A stretch of DNA of 36,490 nt from Candidatus Aenigmatarchaeota archaeon. GTDB taxonomy: Archaea; Aenigmatarchaeota; Aenigmatarchaeia; GW2011-AR5. The translations under genes were made by a program, and so were the position numbers. The notes beneath the pieces were generated by a model. It had not been told where the DNA came from. It saw nothing but the letters and a program-made list of their open reading frames with translations, and ran no database searches. Where the stretch lies: contig JACPJX010000024.1 of NCBI GenBank assembly GCA_016187365.1, forward strand, positions 1 to 36,490, in the 5' to 3' direction. Positions within the stretch are counted from its first letter, which is position 1. Every line of letters starts with the position of its first letter. Below, in pieces: positions 1 through 9,182 of the stretch.

Positions 1-606
1 TTTCTTATCCTGTGCGGCGAAGAACTCGTGCCGCGCTACGCTGGGTATGCGATAAAATGCCTGTGGGAGAACGGCGCGGAAGACAACGGGAGAATTTCTG
101 GGGCCAAGGGCCTCATGCCATTCATAAAAAACCTGAGCCCGGAAGAGGTTGAATACTTCAGAAAACAGGTGGAGATAATAGACGCCATAGGTGAAAGGGA
201 TGAGAAGAAAATAGAATCCATTATAGACTCATGCAATGCGAAAAATCCGGGCGCGTACAAGTCGCCCCGGCCGAGTGGCGTTGAAGTGAAAATAATCGAG
301 GCTGACTACAACCCCGACAGCGGATGGACCGCGGACGAAAAGAACGACGAAAACTGGTTCATAATAGGGATAGACAGGGATAAACACACGATTTTCGCCG
401 AACATTATATGGGATACGGCGAAGGTATGAGAAAATGCTGCAAAATAGTCGGCAAAACCACGGAATCCATTCTTGGAACAATAGTAAGGCTGGGGAAAGT
501 CACCAAGCTCTATCATGCCGGGTATCTCGGAAAGGAACTCCAGAAGGCCGAGATTGCCATGAAAAAGGAAATAAAATACAGCCAGGAGCTTGAATTTGAA
601 ATATAA
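1..606 (+). CDS. MtrA-like domain protein with DUF4346-like C-terminal domain (5' end runs off the window)
   Basis: The frame is open from nt 1 (FLILCGEEL...), so the track start at 28 is probably internal. The N-part (LILCGEE...ENG...GRISGAKGLMPFIKNL..EEVEYFRKQVEIIDAIG...KNPGAY) matches by eye the conserved core of methyltransferase subunit MtrA. The C-part (WFIIGIDR..HY...HAGYLGKELQKAEIA) resembles DUF4346. Confidence 0.55.
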   Translation, partial: FLILCGEELVPRYAGYAIKCLWENGAEDNGRISGAKGLMPFIKNLSPEEVEYFRKQVEIIDAIGERDEKKIESIIDSCNAKNPGAYKSPRPSGVEVKIIEADYNPDSGWTADEKNDENWFIIGIDRDKHTIFAEHYMGYGEGMRKCCKIVGKTTESILGTIVRLGKVTKLYHAGYLGKELQKAEIAMKKEIKYSQELEFEI

Positions 607-629
607 GAGTTGTTCCTTATAATCTTCAC

Positions 630-1328
630 TTGCGTGATAGTGTGATAACTGTTATACTTCCGACTTATAACGAGGCAGAAAACATAGAAAATGTCGTAAA
701 GAACATCAGAAAAACCGGCGCCGAAGTCAACATACTCATAATAGATGACAACTCCCCGGACGGGACGGGGAAACTGGCTGATATCATATCAAAAAAATAC
801 AAGTCTGTTTCTGTTGTCCACAGGAAAAACAAGGCGGGCCTCGGCTCTGCCATAAAAAACGGCTTCGAAGCGTGCAGCGGGATAGTAGGCGTGATGGACG
901 CCGACATGAGCCATGACCCTTCCATAATCCCCGATATCATAAAGGAGTTCGGCGGCGGGGCCGATTTCGTCATAGGCTCAAGATACGCGAAGACCGGCGG
1001 CATTGAAAGATGGCCGTTTTACAGGAAACTTGCATCAAGGGTGGCTACGGCAATTGCAAAGCCGCTTACGCCTGTAAAAGACCCGGTATCCGGTTATTTC
1101 TTCATCAAAAAAAGCGTGATAAATGGCATGAAAATAAACCCCGAAAGCTGCAAGATATGCCTCGATATCCTCGTGAGAGGGGGCTACAAGAATGTCGTGG
1201 AGGTTCCATACACCTTCAGGAACAGGCCTGCCGGTAAGACGAAGATCTTGAACGTTAAAGAGGTACTCAAATATATAAAATACGTTTCTTATCTGTATAA
1301 ATACAGGATAGCAAGGTGTTTCCGCTGA
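630..1328 (+). CDS. GT2 glycosyltransferase, dolichol/polyprenol-phosphate mannosyltransferase (Dpm1)-like
   Basis: VILPTYNEAENI, IDDNSPDGTG, RKNKAGLGSAIKNGF and MDADMSHDP are canonical GT-A/GT2 motifs including DxD. Non-ATG start (TTG 630 or GTG 642). Confidence 0.85.
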   Translation: MRDSVITVILPTYNEAENIENVVKNIRKTGAEVNILIIDDNSPDGTGKLADIISKKYKSVSVVHRKNKAGLGSAIKNGFEACSGIVGVMDADMSHDPSIIPDIIKEFGGGADFVIGSRYAKTGGIERWPFYRKLASRVATAIAKPLTPVKDPVSGYFFIKKSVINGMKINPESCKICLDILVRGGYKNVVEVPYTFRNRPAGKTKILNVKEVLKYIKYVSYLYKYRIARCFR

Positions 1329-2272
1329 CAAAACTCAAGGCAATCCCGTTCGCAGTAAGCATACTGCTGATAATCGTGATAATCTATTTTTCAAATCCCT
1401 ACCAGATATACGACGCCGTAATAAAAATCAACAAGTTGTACATAGCCGCCGCTCTCGGCATTGCTGTTCTGAACATATCGCTGAGAGTCCTCAAGTGGAA
1501 GGTTATTCTGGATGGTGTGGGTTACTTTGAGCTTTTTCCTATCCAGACATTCGGTATGACGCTAAGCAGTCTCACACCTGGAAAAATAGCCGAGCCTGTA
1601 AAAAGTGTCATTCTCCGGATAAAAAAAGGCATACCCGTGTCCGTGTCGCTTCCGACTGTCATATGGGAAAGAATAAATGACATAGTATCAACAATCATCC
1701 TGGCCTTCGTGGCGATGCAGGCCATAAGCATAAAATCAGACCTGCTTTTTCTGAGCATTTTCAGCATGTCGGCATTTTCAGTTCTCATAATTCTGCTTGT
1801 TTTTGCCATGCATAGCATGAGTTTCGGGAAGAGGGTTTTTTCCGTCATAAAAAAACTCCCGGGGACCGGCGGGATTTCAGAAAGCTTCATAGAAAACTTC
1901 TATTCAATAAAAACAAAAAAGAGGAAAGTGCTGAAAAGCTTTCTCGTGACGTTTCTGGCGTGGGTTCTGGAAGGTCTTATATTCCACATAGTTCTGCTTT
2001 CCATGGGAATAGAAATAAATTTCATTCTCCTTGCAGGCATAGTTTCCCTGGCAGTGATTATAGGAATAGTTTCCTCCCTTCCTGGAGGCATAGGCTCATC
2101 AGAGTTCGTGATGATATTCCTTCTGGGACTGAACGGAGTTGGGGGTGCGGCGGCAGTGACATCTGTTTTCATATACAGGATAATCGCATTCTGGTTTGCG
2201 GCCCTGGTTGGCGGCCTGTCGTTCGTCTACCTCAGCAGAAAGATAGACATGAAGGAATTCAAGTTATTTTGA
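1316..2272 (+). CDS. polytopic membrane protein, flippase-like (UPF0104 / lysyl-PG synthase TM-region family)
   Basis: Multiple hydrophobic segments along the whole length. GTG start overlaps the GT2 stop by 13 nt. A GT2 paired with a UPF0104-type membrane protein is a common arrangement. Confidence 0.55.
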   Translation: MFPLTKLKAIPFAVSILLIIVIIYFSNPYQIYDAVIKINKLYIAAALGIAVLNISLRVLKWKVILDGVGYFELFPIQTFGMTLSSLTPGKIAEPVKSVILRIKKGIPVSVSLPTVIWERINDIVSTIILAFVAMQAISIKSDLLFLSIFSMSAFSVLIILLVFAMHSMSFGKRVFSVIKKLPGTGGISESFIENFYSIKTKKRKVLKSFLVTFLAWVLEGLIFHIVLLSMGIEINFILLAGIVSLAVIIGIVSSLPGGIGSSEFVMIFLLGLNGVGGAAAVTSVFIYRIIAFWFAALVGGLSFVYLSRKIDMKEFKLF

Positions 2273-2278
2273 AGGAAT

Positions 2279-3358
2279 TCAGAATAAAAGATGCATGTTT
2301 GACAGAGCAAACTTCGCCAGCTTTGCCTTCGGGAGATGCGTCCATGCCCTGCTGAATTTGTCGTAATCAAAATTCCTGAGCTTCTCCATGTGAGAGCCGA
2401 AATCAGAAAATATCCTGTCAATACCGTCGTTGTCCATTCTAGAATAGGCGCGCCTCACAAAAAGCTGCTTCCTTATTTCCCATGAAATCTCCGCCTTCCA
2501 CGATTTCTCGTACGAAGAAAGCATCTTCATGCCAAACCTGTTTTTTCCCAGGCATGCCCTTATCGCTGCTGTTGCGTGCTTCGCGCCTATGAGGGAAAAT
2601 ATAATGCCTCCGCCTGTCAAAGGCTTGTTCTGGCCGCATGCGTCCCCTACCAGCAGGCATCGTTCAGAATAGCTTCTTGTCATGCCGGTCGGTACCATGT
2701 AGGCGTATGTTTTCCCGTTTCCAAGGCCCTGCTCAGAGCTGAACCTCGTGAGACATTCGCCGCTTCCGGCACCCGCCATGAGGCCGTATTCATCGCTTTG
2801 GGGAATTATCCACGAGAAGAAATCCGGCGAATAGTCCTTGTTGAAAAACGTCCTTATATGGCCTTCTTTCACGCCGCTCCCCCTGACCATGACGCCGACG
2901 GACAGTTTCGGGGGCGCGATGCCTGCGCACTTCCTCACCACCGATGAGGCGCCGTCGCATCCTATGACAATCTTTCCTTCGTAAGAGCTGTTGCCTGTGA
3001 CGGCGGTCACTTTCTCACTGTCAACTCTCACGGAAACAAGGGTCTCATTCCTCAATTCGGCAGTTTTTTTTGATTCCCCGAGAAGGTATTCCGCGAATTT
3101 TTCCCTGTGAAGTATGTGGGCGAACGGCTTTTCGCCGCGAAGAAAAAAATTCCTGCTCCTGGATATGAGCTCCATTTCCGCTATGTCATGCTTCACGAAC
3201 CGCCTGCCGTAGTATTCCATGAACCTTGAAGACACGATGCCTGAGTCTTTCGGGACGGCCTTTTTATTCTTTTCCAAAATCAATACGTTAAAGCCTTCAA
3301 GGCTGCGGGCGATGGCGCTTCCCGCGACGCCGGCGCCGACAATTATAGCATCGTACAT
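2279..3358 (-). CDS. geranylgeranyl reductase family FAD-dependent oxidoreductase
   Basis: N-terminal MYDAIIVGAGVAGSA dinucleotide-binding motif, and the late LLVGDACGQNKPLTGGGI motif typical of the archaeal GGR family. Confidence 0.8.
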   Translation of the reverse strand: MYDAIIVGAGVAGSAIARSLEGFNVLILEKNKKAVPKDSGIVSSRFMEYYGRRFVKHDIAEMELISRSRNFFLRGEKPFAHILHREKFAEYLLGESKKTAELRNETLVSVRVDSEKVTAVTGNSSYEGKIVIGCDGASSVVRKCAGIAPPKLSVGVMVRGSGVKEGHIRTFFNKDYSPDFFSWIIPQSDEYGLMAGAGSGECLTRFSSEQGLGNGKTYAYMVPTGMTRSYSERCLLVGDACGQNKPLTGGGIIFSLIGAKHATAAIRACLGKNRFGMKMLSSYEKSWKAEISWEIRKQLFVRRAYSRMDNDGIDRIFSDFGSHMEKLRNFDYDKFSRAWTHLPKAKLAKFALSNMHLLF

Positions 3359-3411
3359 GAGAAGGATAAGGACGGAAAAATTAAAAAATCCACTGGAATG
3401 GTAGCGATTTT

Positions 3412-4257
3412 ATGGCTGTGCTTGATATTTTTGACCGGCATTACAAGAAACTTGTTTTCCTGCCTTTGGCGCTGCTGGTAATTTCCGCCGCAATTCTCGC
3501 ATCAAACATGTCAAAATACGGCTCGGTTCTGGAAAGGGATGTGGAGCTTGTCGGCGGGAAGACCATAAATGTCGAGGTTGTAAATGCCGACATAGAGGGG
3601 ATAAAGAATTCGGTGCCCAATTCGGTTGTTAGGATGACGAGAGGCGTCGCGAATGTCGTGATTGTCGAGATTCCGGTCGATGCGGATGAAAAGGCGGCGT
3701 TCGAGTCGATAAAGGCGGAGGCGGACGTCGTGGGGGAACCCACGTACAGGACTGTGGGCCCTGCGATAGGCGACCTGTTCTTCCAGCAGGCGCAGATTGC
3801 GCTCGTTGCGGCGTTCGTCCTGATGTCCATAGCGGTTTTTATCATATTCAGGTCGCCTGTGCCGTCGTCCATAGTCGTCCTGGCCGCGGCCACCGATATA
3901 ATAGCAACCATGGCTGTCATGAGCGCCATAGGCATGAAGCTTTCGCTTCCGGTCCTGGCCGCGCTCCTGACGCTCATAGGGTATTCTGTGGACACCGACA
4001 TCCTCCTGACTGCCAACATGCTGCGCGGGAAGGGCGAGATCAAGCACAGGATAAGGAACGCGATGAAGACTGGCCTTACGCTGACAGCGACTATGCTTGT
4101 CGCGTTCATCGCCCTCTACTTCGTGACAGGCTCCTTCGTTATAGAGCAGATATCTGCCGTGATCATAATAGGGCTTGTAATAGACGTGTTTGCCACGTGG
4201 CTCACGAACGCCGGGATATTAAGGTACTGGATGGAGAAGAAACATGCGCATGCCTAA
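3412..4257 (+). CDS. secF: protein-export membrane protein SecF
   Basis: 281 aa with an N-terminal TM segment, a periplasmic-type loop, then the SecDF 6-TM core (GPAIGDLFFQQAQIALV..., IGYSVDTDILL). Overlaps the downstream secD by 14 nt. Confidence 0.85.
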   Translation: MAVLDIFDRHYKKLVFLPLALLVISAAILASNMSKYGSVLERDVELVGGKTINVEVVNADIEGIKNSVPNSVVRMTRGVANVVIVEIPVDADEKAAFESIKAEADVVGEPTYRTVGPAIGDLFFQQAQIALVAAFVLMSIAVFIIFRSPVPSSIVVLAAATDIIATMAVMSAIGMKLSLPVLAALLTLIGYSVDTDILLTANMLRGKGEIKHRIRNAMKTGLTLTATMLVAFIALYFVTGSFVIEQISAVIIIGLVIDVFATWLTNAGILRYWMEKKHAHA

Positions 4258-5845
4258 CTTCAGGATATTAGTACTCATAGTTGCCATCGCGATATCAATA
4301 GTTGCGATATCCCCGAACCCGTTTCCTTCCGGAATGAAGATAAGTTATGTCGGCGAGAACCTTTCATCGAAACTCCAGGCCGGCGAGATTTTATACAAAA
4401 TAAACGACGCAAAGGCAGAAGACAGAATCAATGGTGTGTATTCAGGCATCGTGAAATTCGAGACGAACAAAGGCGTGAAGTTCGCCTCGGTAGAGGGCCG
4501 CCTTCCTGTAGAGGCCGAGAATGCCGGCCAGACAAACATAAAATTCGGCCTTGACATAAAAGGCGGGACGCGCGCCTTTGTCAGTGTCAACTCGACCGAG
4601 CCGGAAACGGTGAAGCACGTTCTCGAGACACTGGGCAACCGCATAAACTTCTTCGGCCTGAAGGAAGCGTCATTCAGGCAGGTCGACAAAAGTTACATAG
4701 AAATAAGCATGGCCGGAGGGAACCCGCAGGAACTCGGGTCCCTGCTGGAGCAGCAGGGCAGGTTCGAGGCCAAGATACCGGTACTGCTTCAGGTAAAGAA
4801 CAACGCATCCACGCTAAAGCTCGGGAAGGCGTACAACATATCGGTTCTGCCTGACTCGGCTGCAATTGACGGCAAAACGTATGCGAAGGGCGATTCATTC
4901 GCCATCGAAGGCGTAAATTTCAGTTTTTCCGGCATATCGCAGAAATCCATCAACCTCACGTCGACGGTGTTCACCGGCGACGACATAAAAGCCGTCTTCT
5001 ACGACCCGCAGCGCTCGAGGGTCCAGCCTGTCCAGGGAGGCTACGTATGGTCGTTCGCGGTCCAGCTGAGCCCGGAAGGCGCGGGGAGGTTCGCAAAGGT
5101 GACGAAGAACCTTGACGTGGTGCCCGGGCCGCAGGAATCCTACCTCAGCTCGCAGATATATTTTTACCTTGATGATGAAGTCCTGGACTCGCTGAACATC
5201 GTCTCAACGCTCAAAGGCAGGGAAGAGACTGAAATATCGATAACAGGCTCCGCCGCATCCATTGACGAATCCGCAAAGGAGCGCTCCCGGCTGCAGTCCA
5301 TACTGAGATCCGGGGCGCTTCCGGTGAGCATTGAAATAGTCCAGATGGATTCCATATCCCCGACGCTCGGCGAAGGCTTCCTGAGAAGCGCCATGCTCGC
5401 GGCGGCCGCGGCCATGCTCGGCATACTGGCTGTCGTTGTGGTGCGCTACAGGAAGTTCAAGATAGTGCTCCCGATGATCGTCACCGCGATATCCGAGGTG
5501 CTCATAATACTCGGCGTTTCGGTGGCGATAGGCTGGACAATTGACGTCGCGGCGGTCGCCGGAATCATAGCCGCTGTCGGCACCGGAATCGACTCGCAAA
5601 TTATTATTATAGACCAGACTCTGCGCAAAGAGAAGATAGAGACGCTCCGGGAGAAACTACGCGATGCGTTCTTCATAATCTTCGGCGCCGCAGGCACGGT
5701 GATAGCCGCAATGCTTCCGCTGATGATAATAGGGTTCGGCGCGCTCCGCGGCTTCGCCATCACCACAATGATAGGCGTCTTCGTCGGCATCCTCATCACG
5801 AGGCCGGCGTTCGGCGCCATAGTGGAAAGGATTGTGAAGGATTGA
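4244..5845 (+). CDS. secD: protein-export membrane protein SecD
   Basis: 533 aa with an N-terminal TM segment and a large extracytoplasmic domain (GLDIKGGTR...). C-terminal TM core with ISPTLGEGF and GTGIDSQIII motifs typical of SecD. Confidence 0.85.
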   Translation: MRMPNFRILVLIVAIAISIVAISPNPFPSGMKISYVGENLSSKLQAGEILYKINDAKAEDRINGVYSGIVKFETNKGVKFASVEGRLPVEAENAGQTNIKFGLDIKGGTRAFVSVNSTEPETVKHVLETLGNRINFFGLKEASFRQVDKSYIEISMAGGNPQELGSLLEQQGRFEAKIPVLLQVKNNASTLKLGKAYNISVLPDSAAIDGKTYAKGDSFAIEGVNFSFSGISQKSINLTSTVFTGDDIKAVFYDPQRSRVQPVQGGYVWSFAVQLSPEGAGRFAKVTKNLDVVPGPQESYLSSQIYFYLDDEVLDSLNIVSTLKGREETEISITGSAASIDESAKERSRLQSILRSGALPVSIEIVQMDSISPTLGEGFLRSAMLAAAAAMLGILAVVVVRYRKFKIVLPMIVTAISEVLIILGVSVAIGWTIDVAAVAGIIAAVGTGIDSQIIIIDQTLRKEKIETLREKLRDAFFIIFGAAGTVIAAMLPLMIIGFGALRGFAITTMIGVFVGILITRPAFGAIVERIVKD

Positions 5846-5861
5846 TTATAGTAGAATGCGC

Positions 5862-6182
5862 TTACTTCCCCTTCAGCTCCATTATCGCGCGGGCGAGGTC
5901 ATTGTCCAGCTCCTCCAGTTTGTCGACGACGGTCTTCCTGTCCTTTCCTGTCTTCTCCATGACCATCTGGATGTCCTCCTCGTTCATGGCGACGCTTTCC
6001 TCGACCTCGCCTGTTATCTGGTAGACCTCGCGCCCCATCATGTCGGCAATCATTATCTCGGGCTTCCTTATCAGTATTTTTTTGTTCTTTCCTTTTATCA
6101 CGACCTCGTCGGCGTCGACCTGCCTGACGTTGAGGTTGAGTTTCTTCATCATTTTCTCTATGTTTTTCTGGTTCCCGAACAT
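5862..6182 (-). CDS. nac: nascent polypeptide-associated complex protein (archaeal NAC)
   Basis: 106-aa product from the internal ATG at 6180-6182. MFGNQKNIEKMMKKLNLNVRQVDADEVVIKGKNKKILI is a NAC domain and the C-terminus is UBA-like (EEDIQMVMEKTGKDRKTVVDKLEELDNDLARAIMELK). The upstream 144 codons of the track ORF are Arg/His-rich junk antisense to the next gene. Confidence 0.85.
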   Translation of the reverse strand: MFGNQKNIEKMMKKLNLNVRQVDADEVVIKGKNKKILIRKPEIMIADMMGREVYQITGEVEESVAMNEEDIQMVMEKTGKDRKTVVDKLEELDNDLARAIMELKGK

Positions 6183-6233
6183 AGGATTAAATTGTATTGG
6201 CGTGATTTTAAAGCATAGCAGCCATGATATTTC

Positions 6234-7409
6234 ATGCTGGAGCTTCTTCTTTTCGCTCTCGCCGGAATCCTCGCCGGGGTTGTGTTTGGGCTCGTGCCCG
6301 GTCTTCACCCGAATACCATGGTCGCCTTCACGCCGCTGCTCGCCCCGCTGGAGCCGGCGGGGGCGGCGGTTTTTCTGATAAGCATGGGCGCCTCGAACAT
6401 AATGGCTGATTTCATCCCGTCGGTAATGCTCAGCGCCCCGGACGCCGGGAACGAACTGTCGGTCCTGCCTGCGCAGCGCCTCATGTCGCAGGGACACGGC
6501 TACAGCGCCATAAGGTTCATGGTGATAGGCTTCGTATCGTCGTTCCTGCTTTTCATTTCTTTTGCGCCGCTGCTTCACTTCATTGTGCCGGCGGCATTCG
6601 AGATGTCGAGGCATTTCATATTCGCCGTTCTCATATTCATCTCGTGCCTGATGGTGCTTTCAGAGAGGCGCATCGCGCCGGCGCTTGTCGTGTTTTCCGT
6701 AGCCGGCGCAATCGGCCTGGTGTCGGGTGGCATGCCTGTCAATCCTGCGTTCGTCCTGTTCCCGGTGCTTGCCGGATTCTTCGGCGTCTCATCCATGATC
6801 CTGCAGATAAGGAGCCGCTCCTCCGTCGTTCTGCAGTCTGGCGGGCATCTGGGCATGGACAGAAAATCCTATGCAAAATCATCCTTCGCCGGATGTCTTG
6901 GCGGCATCTTCTCCGGCTTCCTCCCCGGAGTCGGCTCGAGCGAAATCGCGGCGATATTCTCGATGAAGAAAGACGAGAAGTCATTCCTTGTAACTATAGG
7001 CGCCATAGGTGCGTCGAACTTCGTTATGTCCCTCTTCGCTGTGTGGCTCATAGGGAAGACGAGGAGCGGCATCGCGGTCGCTGTTGACAACGTGTACCGG
7101 CTTTCTTCAGGCGACGTCCTCATGGTGGTTTTTGCGTCCATGCTTTCGCTCGGCGTGTCGGCGCTTTTCGTGCTCAAGGCATCAAAATCCTTCGCCACCA
7201 GGATGCAGAAAATGAACTATTCCAGGATAAGCTGCGCCGTCATCGCCCTTATCGCATCCATGACATTCGTGTTCTCCGGGCTCTACGGACTTGTCGTACT
7301 GGTTTCGTGCGCCGCGCTCGGCATCTACGCGATACTCTCGGGCGTGAAGCGCGGCCTCATGATGGCCGCCCTTATAGTCCCGACGGTGGTGTTCTTCGCG
7401 GGATTTTAG
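6234..7409 (+). CDS. TctA-family (DUF112) transporter permease
   Basis: Polytopic protein. The N-terminal AGILAGVVFGLVPGLHPNT and the later GFLPGVGSSE are repeated signature loops of the TctA/DUF112 family. Confidence 0.65.
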   Translation: MLELLLFALAGILAGVVFGLVPGLHPNTMVAFTPLLAPLEPAGAAVFLISMGASNIMADFIPSVMLSAPDAGNELSVLPAQRLMSQGHGYSAIRFMVIGFVSSFLLFISFAPLLHFIVPAAFEMSRHFIFAVLIFISCLMVLSERRIAPALVVFSVAGAIGLVSGGMPVNPAFVLFPVLAGFFGVSSMILQIRSRSSVVLQSGGHLGMDRKSYAKSSFAGCLGGIFSGFLPGVGSSEIAAIFSMKKDEKSFLVTIGAIGASNFVMSLFAVWLIGKTRSGIAVAVDNVYRLSSGDVLMVVFASMLSLGVSALFVLKASKSFATRMQKMNYSRISCAVIALIASMTFVFSGLYGLVVLVSCAALGIYAILSGVKRGLMMAALIVPTVVFFAGF

Positions 7410-8077
7410 AGGAGCGGGAATTCGCACCTTAAACTTTCCAGCCTTCCGTATTTGCCGACATCGAATACAACAAATCTGTCAAAAACAATTTCTTCCGGCG
7501 GCGGCATCTCCTTTTCAATCTGCTTTGCGAATTCGTATTCGCCGCCGTCAAGACTTTCGGACCTGCCTATGGTGAAATGCGGCCTGAAAGACTTGAGCAC
7601 GAGCGGCGTTTTATACAATCTTAGCGATTCTTCTTCGTCTTTTGACAGGCCGGCAAACGCCTGCGGGTCTGTGGAGCCTGCACTCATGTCCCTCAATGGA
7701 TAAAGTGCGTGGAACATTTCTTCATGGAGTTCTCTAAGGCTTTCCTTTTCAACATCAAGGAAAAATATCCTGGTTGCCCATACGTTAATCCCTTTTGAAG
7801 CCATGGTTGTTCTGCCCCGCTGTTTTTCACATATCCTTTCGAATGTTTCTACGGCGTTTTCCATGGAGTCCTGTGCGTATACGCCATGAAACAGGGACAC
7901 ATGAGGAAGCAGATTGCCGTTTTCCTTTAGGACGAATTCAGAGGGATATGCTTCATTGATCCTCCTGTTCAGTCCGCAGATGTACTTCAATGCTCTTTTT
8001 TCCGGTATGAGCGCAAAGCCAAGCGGGTACGGCGGCATTTTGTACTCTATGCCTGTCATCTTTATAATCTTTTTCAC
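7406..8077 (-). CDS. 2H phosphoesterase superfamily protein (LigT / cyclic phosphodiesterase-like)
   Basis: Two HxS/T motifs at the right spacing: LPHVSLFHG and RPHFTIGRS. The track start is GTG at 8077. An ATG at 8057-8059 (MTGIEYK...) is the more likely start. Confidence 0.6.
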   Translation of the reverse strand: MKKIIKMTGIEYKMPPYPLGFALIPEKRALKYICGLNRRINEAYPSEFVLKENGNLLPHVSLFHGVYAQDSMENAVETFERICEKQRGRTTMASKGINVWATRIFFLDVEKESLRELHEEMFHALYPLRDMSAGSTDPQAFAGLSKDEEESLRLYKTPLVLKSFRPHFTIGRSESLDGGEYEFAKQIEKEMPPPEEIVFDRFVVFDVGKYGRLESLRCEFPLL

Positions 8078-8080
8078 TTT

Positions 8081-8944
8081 ATGCTAATCATGGATTATCT
8101 CAATGAAGTCGAGCATCTCAAACCGGCTGTGGTAGAGGCCGCAGACAGGTTCATCCTGCCAAGGTTCAGGAACCTGGAAGACGGGGATGTCCTGAACAAA
8201 GGCGATTTCGACAAAACCGTGACCGCGGCAGACATGGAAACCAGCTCCTTCCTTCTGGACTCTTGCAGGGAGCGCTTTCCGGGCTCCTTCACTGAAGAAG
8301 ACATGGACGACAGAAGGTTTGAACATGATACCTTGTGGTCTATAGACCCGCTTGACGGCACAGACGAGTTCAGGCGCGGTAGGGAAGGTTTTGGCATACA
8401 GGCGGCGCTTCTTGAAAGAAAAAACGGGGGTTATTTCCCTGCGGCGGGGTTTCTTTACCTGCCTGTCCGAAAAACGTTTGTTTACGCAACGCAATCAGAA
8501 GGCCCTTTTGTTGATGATGGGCATGTCATCAGGGAAATAAAAGTTCCCATAAGCCGTAATATCACAGGTTTCCAGCGCGAAATTGACATAAGCAAGGAGC
8601 TTGACGAATTCTATAAGTTCATGAGAAAGAAAGGGTACGAAGTAAATTCTATGAATATAGGTGGCGCGTGCGCCAGTGTTGCACAAATGCTTCTGGGGAG
8701 TCCTTATCCAAATCTCTACATATGCCCGCGCCCTTACACGAAAGAATGGGACACATCGCCTTTCGAGAACATGATAGCACGGGCAGGCGGCTTCATATCG
8801 GACCTTTACGGCAATCAATTCACTTATAACAGGCATGATGTCAGAAACCTGAACGGCTTCGTCATTTGCATCGGATACGAAAAGGGGCGCGTAATGTCGT
8901 GGATAGACGAGTTTGGCGCTGAAAATCTCCTGAAGGCTGTATAA
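8081..8944 (+). CDS. inositol monophosphatase / CysQ (3'-phosphoadenosine-5'-phosphatase) family protein
   Basis: Signature WSIDPLDGTDEF plus an upstream acidic FTEED metal-binding motif. Alternative ATG at 8090. Confidence 0.8.
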   Translation: MLIMDYLNEVEHLKPAVVEAADRFILPRFRNLEDGDVLNKGDFDKTVTAADMETSSFLLDSCRERFPGSFTEEDMDDRRFEHDTLWSIDPLDGTDEFRRGREGFGIQAALLERKNGGYFPAAGFLYLPVRKTFVYATQSEGPFVDDGHVIREIKVPISRNITGFQREIDISKELDEFYKFMRKKGYEVNSMNIGGACASVAQMLLGSPYPNLYICPRPYTKEWDTSPFENMIARAGGFISDLYGNQFTYNRHDVRNLNGFVICIGYEKGRVMSWIDEFGAENLLKAV

Positions 8945-8988
8945 AAGCTATTTATAACCTCAAAATCATTTATTTTTCAGGTGATTGA

Positions 8989-9165
8989 ATGGCGGAGATT
9001 CTCGTCGTGAGGAGCAAGGTGAAGGGCCTTGTGAAAAAGAAGAAGATGAACATGGGCGCTGACGCTGCGGAGGCGCTGAGCAGGGAAGTCGCAAAGCTCG
9101 TTGACAAGGCTGCCGAGCGCGCGAAAGCGAACAGAAGGAGCACGATAAAGGCCAGGGACATCTGA
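8989..9165 (+). CDS. small histone-fold-like protein (DUF1931 / Aq_328-type), 58 aa; not in the ORF track
   Basis: My translation: MAEILVVRSKVKGLVKKKKMNMGADAAEALSREVAKLVDKAAERAKANRRSTIKARDI*. AGGTGA sits 5-10 nt upstream of the ATG, a TTTATAA box lies near 8951, and a T-rich tract follows the stop. The pattern V.SKVK....K....M..DA.EAL...V..L...A..RAKAN.R.T.KARD fits the short archaeal histone-fold-like family. The track only lists the antisense 71-aa shadow ORF (8970-9185). Confidence 0.6.
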   Translation: MAEILVVRSKVKGLVKKKKMNMGADAAEALSREVAKLVDKAAERAKANRRSTIKARDI

Positions 9166-9167
9166 AA

Positions 9168-9180
9168 TTTGTTTTTGTTT
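9168..9180 (+). terminator. oligo-T tract downstream of the small histone-fold-like gene
   Basis: TTTGTTTTTGTTT lies 3 nt after the stop codon. Archaeal intrinsic termination uses T-runs. Confidence 0.4.
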
Positions 9181-9182
9181 AT

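Noticed and set aside
3441-4109. 222-aa and 178-aa minus-strand ORFs
   Set aside because: They are antisense to secF, and their translations lack any membrane or enzyme signature.
6183-6614. N-terminal 144 codons of the 250-aa minus-strand track ORF (5862-6614)
   Set aside because: This part is Arg/His/Glu-rich low-complexity sequence and is antisense to the well-supported TctA-like gene. The recognisable NAC protein starts at the internal ATG at 6180-6182.
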